DNA of 64,000 nt from Trichinella spiralis (Eukaryota), in NCBI RefSeq assembly GCF_000181795.1, contig NW_003526943.1, positions 7,151,566-7,215,565 on the forward strand. The letters are read 5' to 3'. Below, piece after piece: positions 43,145 to 56,300 of the stretch. The notes beneath the pieces are model-generated. The model saw nothing but the letters and a program-made list of their open reading frames with translations. It was not told the DNA's origin and did not search any database. Position 1 is the first letter of the stretch, and each line of letters begins with the position of its first letter. The translations under genes and the position numbers were made by a program.

Positions 43145-45130
43145 TTATTATAGCATGCTGATATACTAGGCTAAATTCAAAATGAATACTGAATTTGAAA
43201 TTTGTTTTCTCTTAATTTAGCTGTGGGAATATTCATCATCAGGGAAAATATTTAATTTAAATTTAATAGCTCACATTTTATATTCTATTTTCCTTTGGAA
43301 AAATTCGAATTAATTAAATTATTTTAATTTGTTTTGTAGAGTGTTAATTGTTGCAACGCTGCATGTAAATCAAATTAAAAATAAATGTACATTCAGTTTG
43401 CGCTTACCATTATTATTTGAAGTTATTTACAACATGTTATTTCAAATTAGAGCAAAAATATATTTGCTGTGAAGGTCTGTCAGCTCAAGAACTTCATTAT
43501 ACAAATATTGGAAATCTTATTTGCAAATTTACAACTCCTTAAATCTGGTATACTTTTTGGGAATATTAATTTTATTCGAATAGTAAAAGTTGCTTAATTA
43601 ATTCATTTAAAAATTGAAATCAAGATATAATTAATATCTTGAGTAAACATGCTTATAAGTTATAATAAATAAATGTGATAATTAGAAGCTTAGTTAAAAA
43701 AATATTGTTTTTATTGGCATTACGTTAATAAAAGCAAGATTTTAATTCATCAACTTGTATATATTATGATGTTGCAAATCAAGTGAAAATATTGCAGGCT
43801 AGAGTATATTTATAATCTGAAAATTTCATTAAAGATGATATTTACTACTAAAACTATTACTCCATTTATGTTTAACACCATAAAATAATGTTAAATTAAT
43901 TTCTCGTAAAATCTACACATTAAATAGGAATCAGTAATATAATTGTCAGTGTTATTCTTTTAAATTTAATTTCAGCCGTTGATATTACAAAATATACAGG
44001 GATTTGCATGATATTTTTCTGCAGTGGAATAATATTACTATTCAGGTTAGAGGTTCATTTCTTATTAAATTTTTATCATAAAAAAGCAATGAATATTTCT
44101 TTTCTAAAGCAGACAAAAAAGATTATAAAATTGAATTTAACATGCAAAAGTTGTCATTGTATGGCTGACATTTTGTATGATTTTTGTTTGAAGTGAAGAG
44201 AAAATATGCATTACGTCACTTTCTTAATTATAGGCAAAAAAAATTGTTTACAAAACTTAAAATGATTAATTAATGAAATTAAGCAATATTTTAAATAATT
44301 GCTCAGAAAAGTTAAATTTAATACGCAATTTATTGTCAAGTAAAACAATCTGCTTCCAATTATAACATTTTTCTTGTTTAATGATTTATTACGTAATAAA
44401 ATAATAATAGAGAAATTTTGAGCGTCTTCGTGTGGTTCATTTATTTAAATAATACAAAGTAAAAATAGATTCCACAAAATTATAATAAATTGAATAATTT
44501 AGAGCACAGGGCATAGCTAAAAGTCCATTTTATTACCTGCACTATTTTTATTCAAAAATGTACAAGCGCAGTTGTAAGTATTACAAGTTACTTTAGTTTA
44601 CAATTATCCAAGATAGAATTTAAATTTGAAGTGAATATTATTATTGCATTCTTGGTTAAGCAATGAAAATTAAGCAGAAAATAAATCACTGGGTAATTCA
44701 TTTATGCTGATTGGGCAATTTTTGCAAACTGCTGCTCAGTTAAATATTTAAAACGAGCTTTTATTAAAATGCAAAACACCGAATAAAAAATCAATTGTTT
44801 TATTGTTGGAGTATTTAAATGTTACACGCGAATGTATTGTAAGCTGAATTCACTTAATGAACTGCAATTAATTAAATAATAATGCTGAACAATTTTTTTC
44901 CAAAATCATAATATAATATACTTTTGATATGGTTTTTGAAATGATATATCTGCAACAATCGGCAACAGAAGATGTAAATCAATTGTGGTACAAGTAAGAC
45001 TGTGAAGTTTAGAATTGTGTTAACATTATTTTAAGCGTTTGAATGAAAAACATTTTTTGCTTACAAAATGTACATTTCGTCGCATGTGCAATTTTGCAAT
45101 AATCGTTTGTGATAAATTTATTCAAACAAT

Positions 45131-48100
45131 TCAGTCTTGCATTTTAGCGCCAAACGGTGTGAATTTGCTGAGATGCAGTTCGACAACAGTGCTTTGAACG
45201 GACGAAATGTGCGGGTAAGGATTCTTTGATTGGTCGTCATTTTCTTTCCGTTTCCAATATTGATCCGTGAACAAGCGGTAAATTGCATACAGTGAATAGC
45301 TTGGCACGCAGACAGCAAATATATTCGGAATAATCAACGATTCTTTGTTGAAATCGTATATCCAATTTACGACAGTATTTGGCACTGTCTGCATCAAAAA
45401 TGTGAAAACGACAATCATCGTCGCCTGTTTCATGCAAAACACATCGTACCGTATATCGCGCAATTGTTGCTGGACAATTGGCATGCGTTTTCGTTTGATG
45501 AAAATATACTTTACGCTTGCTATGGCAAAAAGGCAAAAGCCGACGTAACCCAGTGCAGAGACGAAACCGAAATATGCTAAATAGTACGATTTGGGTGCAG
45601 TTTCTTCCAAAAAGCAACAACTAGTGACCAGTACATTGCTGCGGAAGCAAGCGGTCACCCAAAGGGCGGCTGCATAACCGAATACTATAGTGCCGGTGAG
45701 AAAAAGCGCACGATTGATCCTGTGGTCGTTGAATTTCCATTTGGTATTAGCCATGATTATTGTGAGAAAACGATCCAGTGCGATCAAGAACATGCCGAAC
45801 GTTTCCAACGGGATGCCAATTGCATAGAAGGACAACTGTGGACTGCTGACCAGACATTTCATCGGTGACCAATAATGCAAATGACATGGACGAGCCAATT
45901 TGATACTGTTCGACACTACGTAACCTAATCCGGTCAACGCGTTGCCACTAATAAATGCTAATAAATATTTGAAATTAAAAAAATGAAATTATAAAAACAT
46001 AACGATGATGCTTTAAAACTTTTTGCACAATTATACAATGAAATGCAACAGCTCATTTTTGAAACGTTTCAGCTTCATTAAACTTTTACTTGAAAATTTA
46101 GGTAGGGTTTATCATTAAATTATAATATGCATATATAATAACGAAAATATGAATCAATATTTTCCATTCAAACAATGGTAAGAACTTAGCAATTGTAGAA
46201 AAGTAAACAATTGAACACTTGTGAACATTTGCAAATCAAGCTAAGCGTATGCGTTGTTAATTATTAATTAAAATAATTAAAGCCAGTTTGTTAATTATCT
46301 CGAGCAATCTGTTAGTGTGAATGAATAAAATTAACCGTAAAATAGTTGCAGTCTAAGAGTAAAATTTCAGTTAAGAAATAAATATTAAAATTTATTTATG
46401 ATTTATCAACCAGATTACTGTAGACAAAATGTAGCTATTTATTACAAAAGCTAACTGAAGTAAAAAAATACGTATTATTATTAAGAATCATAAACAAAAA
46501 CTATAAGAAAATAAATATTATTTTTTGTTGATCAAAATATGTTAGACAACTAAAATAATGTCCTATTTTAAAACTGTTTGCATTTTTAAATATTTGATTA
46601 TAATTTGCAATGTTTAATAGCATGCGAAATGCTAGTACGTTAAGTTTTGACTTTTAAATGTCAGCTAATTAGTTAATTATTGAAAATGGGAAGCTACATG
46701 TAATAATCACTTTAAATGTCTAATATTTGAAAGATTAATAATTTTTTAATTTAATTAAATCCACCTTTTGATTACAAAACGTTAAAATTTGAAAGACAAA
46801 CTTGGATATGAATCATTTGTGTTTCGCAGATTAAATATTGAACATAAACAAATTTGAAAAAAGAAATTACAATTATTTAAATATAATTTAATAAAAATTT
46901 CAAAAAGATTTATTAATTGAATTATTTGCATATATAAAACATTTACAGTTGTGCTTTTATTACATACAACTGGTGCAAATTTTAATAGTAGTGTAATAAG
47001 GTTGTCATTAAATTTGTAAATAACAAGCAAGATGATTTTCTTAATGAAAAATAGCCATATTATTTAATTATTACTGTAAATATAGCTGAATGTTACCATT
47101 TCACGCAATGCAACGGATCTTAAATTTATCAACATCTATCATTTGTTTAACTAAAAATAGATGAAATAAAAAGCAATTTCAAAAAAATGGCATATTTATT
47201 CATAAATAAATATATAATATGGATTTGTAATTGTTAAATGTTTATTGTAAAAAATATTGTTGTTGTTGGTAATTTAAGAACAAGCACAAAATGGCCTTTC
47301 TGTTGCAGCTGTTGCTTTGCTTGATAGTATTATAAAGATCAAAAATGTGATGTGAAAATGCATTTTAAATAGCAAAAATTGTAAATAAAACAATTTAAGA
47401 AATTGTTTATCAAAATAATATTTTTTGTGTTACGTTTAATATTGAGTTGTTAAATTCAGAAATGCAATTTGAATTTGCAACAACAAGCTGCAATGGAAGT
47501 TATAATTTAAGAAAATAAGAAAAAGAATTTTCTATGAAGCTTCAGTAATGTATTTTAATTAAATATACTTCTTGTATGTGATTCAAAATATTTTTATTAA
47601 TTTTGTTCAAACTTCCCGATTTATTTTCTATCAAAATAAATATGAAGTAATTTTAAAGTAGCATTACGAATGTAAATTTTAATCAAATAACTTTACATTT
47701 TGTAAGTTTTTAATTTTTAAATATGAAATTTAAAATATGCAAATAAGAATTTAATTGATATTAATTTTATTATATATATATATATATATATAATTTCATT
47801 TCTCAAATAAAAGATAAACTTGTGAAAGGTGATAAAAAGCGTATTTGTATGTCCCTCTTTATAAATTATTCACAGAAACAGATTGCAAAGATATTAAATA
47901 CATTAAACAATTCACTTTTAAGCTTGTCACAAATTGCAAATGCAGTATCTCTGCAATATAATAACATATACTTTGTAAGAATACCAAGTAATGAATTAAA
48001 CTGTTTGATTATTTTGAATTTGAATTAAAAAAACTCACCAATTATTAATTTATCGGTTTTGTTTTTTCTCTTTCTCCTCAAAAGCACCACAAGCAGGATG

Positions 48101-48177
48101 GTGTTGAAAATAAAAGCGGTTCCACCGAAAAATCCCAAAATCGTTTTCAAAATGACGGCATATTGTTTCTTGCCCAT
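45131..48177 (-). CDS. Serpentine 7TM receptor-like protein (srsx-like), paralogue 5; exons 48177-48039, 45957-45131
   Basis: An exon missed by the ORF track (MGKKQYAVILKTILGFFGGTAFIFNTILLVVLLRRKRKNKTDKLII, donor gtgagt) joins in phase 1 to AFISGNALTGLGY...CLVSSPQL...LIALDRF...MKQAT...QTVP...SYSLYAIYR. Confidence 0.82.
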
Positions 48178-51100
48178 AAAATTGGAAATTACGTTTTATC
48201 ACAGTGGTATGAAATTTTTGAATCTGAGCAGCAGTGAAAGGAAGGTTTCAAAGACAAAAATAATCTTTCTCTTTTTCCGATCACTTTTCTTGCTTCCGCT
48301 TCTGAATAAGCTGATTCGTTAGCACACTGACAAACAGATCGCATTACACAGTTTTTCGCAGTCTAAAACATTTTTTCCACACTTTTACACAAGTATTTTA
48401 GGATTATTTTTATTCTAAAAAAGTTTATTTTCACATTAAATTTGAAAAATACATCAAAGCCTACATTGTTGATTATCCGTCTGGTAAGCAACGTTGTCTG
48501 GAACATCATTCCAAATAATTAAATCAATAAATTGAATAAACGCCTAACGTTTAGTAAAATAATTTAATTTTATAAACTTTTTTCTGCTCTTCATTTTTTA
48601 GCTTCTTATCCAATTGGAAAACGGATATGTATATATATATATATATACGTATATATGTAGTCGTTGAATTACAAATTATCAAGTGTACTACATGTTTAGT
48701 AGTATTATAGCTGCATTAAAAATTAATTAATTAATTGATTGATTGATTGTTAAGAATATTGAATTTTTTTCAAAAATCTGAGTAATAATAATAAAATGTG
48801 CTGAAATGCATGCACAGTTAATTAATTTTCTTGGTCAAATATGTCTCTCAAAATTTTCAAATATAGAAAAAATATTCAAGAAATGAAAGTACAAAATGGA
48901 AAACACTGTTTCGAAAATACAAAATCAAAGCTAACAAAAATTGCCAGAGAGAAAGAATTTGCAGTAAGCATTCATGACACATTTGTGAAAATTGCACAAG
49001 TCGAACTTGTGAAAATCATCATCATCATCATCATCATTATGAGTGGAAATTCGGATACTACTACTTTTTCAACTTTTGCTTTTTAATTTATATTCTGTAT
49101 AAGAAATAAAAATCAGAATTCTGTTCTCTTGCTCAATTTTATTGTTTTTGAACATTCACATTATTTATTTTGCAATGCAATTGATCAAAGTCACAAAGCC
49201 GTCAAGGCAAAGTTCAAATGACAATCAATGCATAAAGCAGGATGTATGGTCGTCAGTTTTGCAAATTCCATCAAAAATAACGATCATTAAAAAAAAGTTT
49301 TTTTTTCAAATAATACAACTGATTTCATTTTAAAGAGCTATTTGATTCGGTAATTATTCCCTTTTTTCCAAATTACATGTTAAAGTTTAAGTACACAAGT
49401 AATATACCGTTTTCATGTATGTATGTTTGTAGTACGTGTATAAATGCACTTTTTCTGGTAAAATAACTTACACTGATTAATTTTTGTTGAGTAAAAAAGT
49501 TTTTTTTTATTTTTTATGAGCAATTATTTTCAACTTTTGAATTTATTATTCATAAAATGAAACATGTCTTTTTAGATTAAGACGAAAAGAAATCAAACAC
49601 CATCTGCTTATGAGAGAGGTATTAGAGCAATCATTGAATGACTTTCAATTGCGTATGTGAAATTGTGCAGTCGAAATTTGAGCGTACTTTTTCCATCGAC
49701 CACCACTGACAATTCAAAAGTGACGTTACTTTTCAAAAAAAAACTACTATATATGCTTTATTTTTCATTATTGCAATGAAAGAAGTTCTGATGCATTAAA
49801 ATTGAAAAAAATACTATTTCAAATTGTCGAATATTTATTTTTTCCCATTGTTTTTTGGTCAATCATTCAAAATTGTTGTATTTGTAAATTTATCATAAAA
49901 ACTTACAGTTATCACAGCGATCATTGTCAGCAATAATTGTAAATTTAGTTGAATGCTTTATTGGAAATCTTATGACAAGGAAAAGTGAATAGAATCACCT
50001 GTTTCTTCTCAATAATAAAATATCCATCCCCCTTCTCTGTGCACATTTCTGAAATCAATGCATCTAAAAATAGCAATCCAGAAATTCTACACTGAACGAT
50101 GGATGACTTGTAGTGTGGAACTGTTCTTTTTCAAGCAATTGATTGCATTCTTTCAATTCTGTCAATATTAACAAATATGGTTTCGACGATTACGACGACG
50201 ACAACGACTGCTGCTGCTACTTTACTGAACATACATTATTATTAATATTATTATTTATTGCAGAGTTCAAATGAGATTGCTGGCAATAAGTTATGAAAAT
50301 TACACGCCTTCCCCCCTCCCTTCCTACCCGATGCCCCTCACGACTACTATTCCACGTATAAACTAAAATATTCTCTTTTTTTTCTTTTACAACACTCACT
50401 ATTTTATTTTATAAAAATTAAAACTTAACAATAATAATACATCCATTGACTGACTGACTATCTTTTGAATATCAAAAAAAGAAAGAAAAAAAAAGATAGA
50501 TCATCGACAAATTTTATAATGAAAATATACATTTCTATGACAGACAGAGTTATTTATTTATTTTCTTTCACATTCGATTAGAAAAATTTATGCTTGAAAT
50601 TGATTTATTCAAATAATGTTTATCAGTTTTTGTTGTATCTTGTGTTGAAGATAAAAATTGATTTACGTTCTTTTTTCGCATTGCACTTTTCTTTCAATCT
50701 CCTCAGTACAAGATGATGATCATTTTTCGTCGTCATCTGAACGATTTTGGTATTAAACTTTTCAAAATTTGTAAAACAATTCTTATATATATATATAGTC
50801 AGTTGTTGTTCAATTGGAAAGATATTCTTCTTCCTTTTTTACCACAGTGTATATACCATTCATAGATAGATGGATAGTGTGTGAACATAAAGTGAAAATG
50901 CACCGTGTGCAGTTCAGAACAAACAAAAATTATGAATAATTATTTTAAAAGACAGAAAAGTAGAAAAAAGATCGCTCGAAAGCGAAAAATGGCAGAAATT
51001 ACGAATAAAGGCATGAAACAGTATAGAAAAAAAGAAAAAGAAAAAAAAGCAAGCAACAGAGGGGTCGGGAAGGGGGATGGGAGGTAAAGAGAAAAAGAAA

Positions 51101-51244
51101 TAACCCCTCGTTCGTGTATTTCGAATGTAATAAATAAGAAAAAGTTCGACAATTGCCATTAAACTAAATTATATTATATTATATTATATTATATTTGTTC
51201 CTTCGTTCGTCTGTTTGTGCGCATTGAAGCATTTTCAGTACAGC

Positions 51245-53306
51245 TCATGTTAGAAAGTGAAGCAGATGCAACAAGCGTCGACAATCGTTGAGCCTGGATG
51301 CTGGACCGGCGTCACAAGCGGCGACGAGCACGTGGTGGTCAATATGCTCTCGAAGGGCGAGTTCGTTGTCGAATTCCAAGTTCCGACACAACAAGCAAAC
51401 TGCCGAACCCGCTTGCCGGTGTCGTTGACCATGCAGAAGCATCTGGCTTTGTTCGGCTTCCACTTCGCCACAACACTCGCAACGTAACACTGCCGACAGT
51501 GAAGATGAAGCCGACGAGCAACCTGACGACGAAGATGCACTGTGCTGTTGTTTCCACTGCTGCAGTTTCAGTTTATGTTGTTGTAGTTGTTGTAGTTGTT
51601 GTTGTTGTTGTTGTTGCTGCTGCTGCTGATGATGATATGTTTGAAAGTAGATTTGTTCATCAAATTTCGGTTTCTTGCACAATGGGAACGTGTCATCTTC
51701 AATTTCATCGATCGGCACAATTTTGTGAAACGATCGCTGATGACTCACCAAATCTTGCTCAGTTTGAAACAACCAACCGCAAGAACAGCATCTGGTCAAG
51801 TGGACCTTCTGCTTGACGTGCTCTTCGAAGTGAAGCTTCAGATCTTCACGGGCGCTGGTTTTCCAAGAACAATTGACAATACCGCAAGAATAGTACAGCA
51901 CCGGCTGGGCGGCTCTTTCTCGCCCGTGCTTCTGCTGGCAGTGTCGGTCGAAAGCCGAAATCGCGTGCAACAACCTCGCGCACGGCTGGCAACAGTACAA
52001 CTTTTCCACGTGCACGTGAATCAAATGCACCAGAAGCAAGCTGCGGTCGTTGTAATATTTCAAACATACCGGGCAAATCCAAGCCGGCGTGTCGCAACGG
52101 TCCGCGTAGTGGATCAGCAAGTGACGTCCACGTTTTTCGGCACTGCCCAGCTCTTGGCCGCATTCGGGGCAAACAAACGGACCTGTGTTGTCGTGCACCC
52201 GAGCATGCGCGCTCCAAGCGCACGAGCTGGCGAACACGGCTAAGCAAATTCGACAGCAGTATTCCTTTTTGAAAAAATATCCCGGCCTGAAGTGATTCCA
52301 CAAGCTGCTCGCATCCTGCAGCTCGTACCCGCATTCTGAACACTGCAACGTCGTGTCGTCACCGCGCACCGGATTCGCATGGCCATTGCTAACTGATATC
52401 ACTGAACCTGCAAGCATAGTGGGGTAAAAGCAAAAAAATGAAAAAAAATTTTTTATCAACTTTTCCGCAATTTCACTACAATAACAACAACAACAACAAC
52501 AAGCAAATCAATTGCATATCATCTATTTCATTGGCACCTATATTGTACAAGCAATAATCGAAACGCACTGATTATAAAAGATATAATCTATTGAGGAAAT
52601 TGTTGAAGCTAAAGCAAACTGAATGAAGCTCATGCATTGAATAAATTGTAGAATATCATCAAAATGTGGATGCCGCCGCCATCGCGTGCAATATCAGAAT
52701 GAATGCTTGCTATCAGTGCAAAATGTTTACACTAAGGATATGTGTGAGCAAATAAGATTACATTCTATTGACAAATGCTGCATGAAAATTTCGCCATTAA
52801 AACTGAAAACCAAAAGCGGCAAGATCACTTTCAACATGCGCATTTCTCGTTCATTCAATTTTCCACGAAATAAATTAACTGAATTATTAACCTGTTGAAA
52901 AAACTGACACTTGAACAACTTTGCAACTCGACTTTCTCTTTTTATAATTAAAATATATACTTTTTTTTCTTTATACATATATATATTACGCAGTTTTTCT
53001 CATTTTTTTCATCAATTAAAATACCAGCGTTTTAAACGACAAATGAGAGATCTCAGAGACACAAACATGAGATTTCATCTGTTCATATTACTTACTACTG
53101 TTTGACCAGAGATAATGATGTAATTGGATTGGAAAGAAAAAGAAAAGAAAAACAGTCAATCAATTAGTTGCTCGATTATTATTATTACTATTTTAATTAG
53201 AGTTAATTTTTTATTTTTTTTTTCTAAATATAACAGTTCAATGAAAGTGAAACTTACTTTCGTCATCTCTGACTTCGGCAACAACGCTGCTATTCCAATC
53301 GGACAT
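51245..53306 (-). CDS. Multi-C2H2 zinc-finger protein, ZNF532/ZNF592/ZNF687-like, with a polyQ tract; exons 53306-53258, 52407-51245
   Basis: Multiple CxxC...HxxxH fingers. CRICLAVFASSCAWSAHARVHDNTGPFVCPECG resembles the C..C..LLPN.CS..AHQRIH...PY.CPECG segment of that family. The upstream exon MSDWNSSVVAEVRDDE joins in phase 1 (inferred). Confidence 0.78.
51576..51633 (-). repeat. CAA/CAG trinucleotide repeat encoding polyglutamine
   Basis: (GTT)n(GCT)n on the + strand translates as HHQQQQQQQQQQQLQQLQQH within the zinc-finger ORF. Confidence 0.9.
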
Positions 53307-56300
53307 GTTGCCTGATCCAAAGCGCCTTTCCAACAAGCCACAAAATTTAGAGGTACTTCAAAATCTAAATACAAACGATATGAATTATAGATAATAATTT
53401 TGGGCGTATCACATTTTGAACTGGATGAATCAATATTCCTCGCAAAAAAGACAAGGTCGACCAGCTTCCCCCGCTCCGCGCCACGGCTGGCCTCGATTAA
53501 CACGAAAACTGGAATTCAGTTGTGAAATTCACCTATAGCAATGCTAACATCAACTTCCAAGCTGACCATTTTCCACTGGTTGCTTATTTTGTAGTATTAA
53601 AATCAATAAATGATAAAATTTGAAACGATTCAAGGAAAGAAGCAGCAAGTATATACATATACATATGCATATATATTCTTGGAAAAAGGAATAGCACAAC
53701 ATCCATTACGACAAATATACGCAGCATCCATTGCACATGTTAAAGAAGATATCATGTTCGAAAGGTACAATTCCATGCGCTTTGTCAACTGAAGTGCAAT
53801 GAGTGCATGGAAAAGAAAAGCAGTAGCACAAAGCTAATAAGAATAATGATGATGATAATCACAGCAACAGTGAGCAAAAAGTACTGCCGCCAGATGTTAA
53901 TCGTGCATAAAGGAGAAACATGTGTGTTTCAGATTGGTGATTAATAATGCTGTGACTAGTTGGTTGGTGAAAAGAACGCGTTGAGTGTTGCTGTTGCATG
54001 TTGTTAAATAAATTAGTCCGTTTATGAACAATCTCGTAATTCTATCTTACACAATAATTCATCGTCAATCGCGTTAATTAAAGCTAATAAGACTGCTTTC
54101 AAGCATGCTTAAACCGTCCGGTTCAGCTGTTGTTGTTCCAAGCTGTTCTGAAAACAACAAACATTGTGCATATTTTTGACAAACTGAAAATAAACCAAAA
54201 GCAAATCATACTCTTTTTTTCATATTCCATCTGTGTAAGCAACAAATAAAGAATATTTTTAATAAAAAACAGGCTAAAAACAGTTTTGCATTGAAACAGA
54301 TCGTGAAAGCCGCCGACGACGACGACGACAAAAATGCATACTCATTGTCGCTAGTATTAAATCAGTCAAAATACTATATATGCTCAACACATCTCCCCCT
54401 GCCAGCACGTCAACTGAGGTGTGTATGTGTGCTGAATTTTCACACACCCACAGGCGGCGACACAACGTTTCTCAACTAACAAACAGCACGCCAATAATTT
54501 TACTACTGAAACTGTTGCTGTCCAAGAGTAAACTCTCGCCATTGGAATGAATTATTTGCTGAAGTGCTCGAAGCTTGGATTGAAAACCAATTATTAAATA
54601 ATCTAATTCATACCTATTCAATCGCATAACACCCTACTTGATTATGCATGACTGTTGCACGTCTTGTTGCTGTTCACCACACGAAAAGTGAAGCACAGAA
54701 AAATAAAATAAAACCAATAATACCAAAAAAGATTTTTTAAATGTCGTTTTCATTTTTTTTAAAAAAACGAAATTACAACGAGCAAACTTCAAACCAATGG
54801 GAATAATGGGAAAAAATCAGACTCATCTCATCTGTATATATCATTGGGAAAACAATTTTCTCACGACGAGATCGATGTTAACATTCAAAAAAAGGACGGG
54901 TGAAAAATTCCGTTCATCCGTAAAAAATATAATTTCCCTCCCCCCACCCCTCTGCAAAAAAATGCTGTCCTTTGTTAACAAGCTTGGTATTTTTTCTGCA
55001 AACTGTTTATCAATGAAGCGTAAATGCTGTGTGCTCTCTGGTCATTTCAGCGAGAATGTTGTTCGATTACGTGAACAACACTGCTAATTCAATTTTGCCT
55101 TCAAAAGTCAATTACATCCGATCAACAAATAATAATCATTATAATAGCAAGCTATTTGGAATAACTTTGGAAAGAGAGAAGAAGAAAAAATACCACATCA
55201 TCACACACAGTGTTTTACATTGGATGATGATGCATTTGTTGGTTATATATATAAACTGGTTTGGCATTATCGTTCCATTTTCGGATGTTCATCTTGCCAA
55301 ATGCCATCCAGCTAGCAACATAGTTGTACAGTGAAATTATATGCAAAAAATTTAATGACGCAGTCAACACAATGCAAGTGTGGCATTTGAAAACAAGCTC
55401 AAAACACACCACCACCACCACCACCACCAACCAGCACACGCATACACTACGCATAATGTGATGTATGTTCGTATTTCTGACAATTGTAATCATAAACAGA
55501 AAAATAATGCTGATAAGAAGCATCGCTATGTGGAAAAAAGCTAATTAAAATGGAAAAAATGAAATATTGCCCATATTTCAAAAAGAGGAAAAAATAATAA
55601 CTAATATATAAAGAGATATACTGTTGTATCTCAGTTTGAAATAAATTTCTTCTTATAAACAACACAAATGATAAAAGATCTATCATTTCTTGGTCATTTG
55701 CAACATTGGGATACAACATCTTTTTTATTTTTCAAAAATCGACTAAAGGTGGTAGGCGAAATTTTTTTGCTAATAATCAACCAATCATTCAGCAATGATT
55801 TTTCCATTCGAACAATTCTAGCAAAGAAATTGCCTCACTGATCTACTACATCAATGAAACCTCGTGATAAATAATATCAGCCTGTTATAATGTCTGAACA
55901 ACAACGACAACGACAAAAAGCAAGCTAAAGTTGCGGATATTTTACCAATTATTAATTACCCCAAATAGTAAATCTACAAAAATATTCTTCTTTCCTGATG
56001 AAATTAAAAACATACTAAAAGCCCAATAATAATAATAATAATTAATAAACTGCACTTGGAGCGAAAAATGAAATAAATTTGAATACACTGCGTATGATTT
56101 TGAAATCAATAGAAAAGAGACGGAGAACAAATTGGAAAATTATAAAACTTTGTCACAAGTTCTATTTTTCGCCAATGGCAAGTTTCAATTGCATATGTCT
56201 CTACTGGAATGTAATCAAACAAACAATGTGGTCTATAGGTGAGCACGTAGAATAAATAAAAATAATTCACATTCCAAACCTAGTTCAGCATCAGAGTTCC

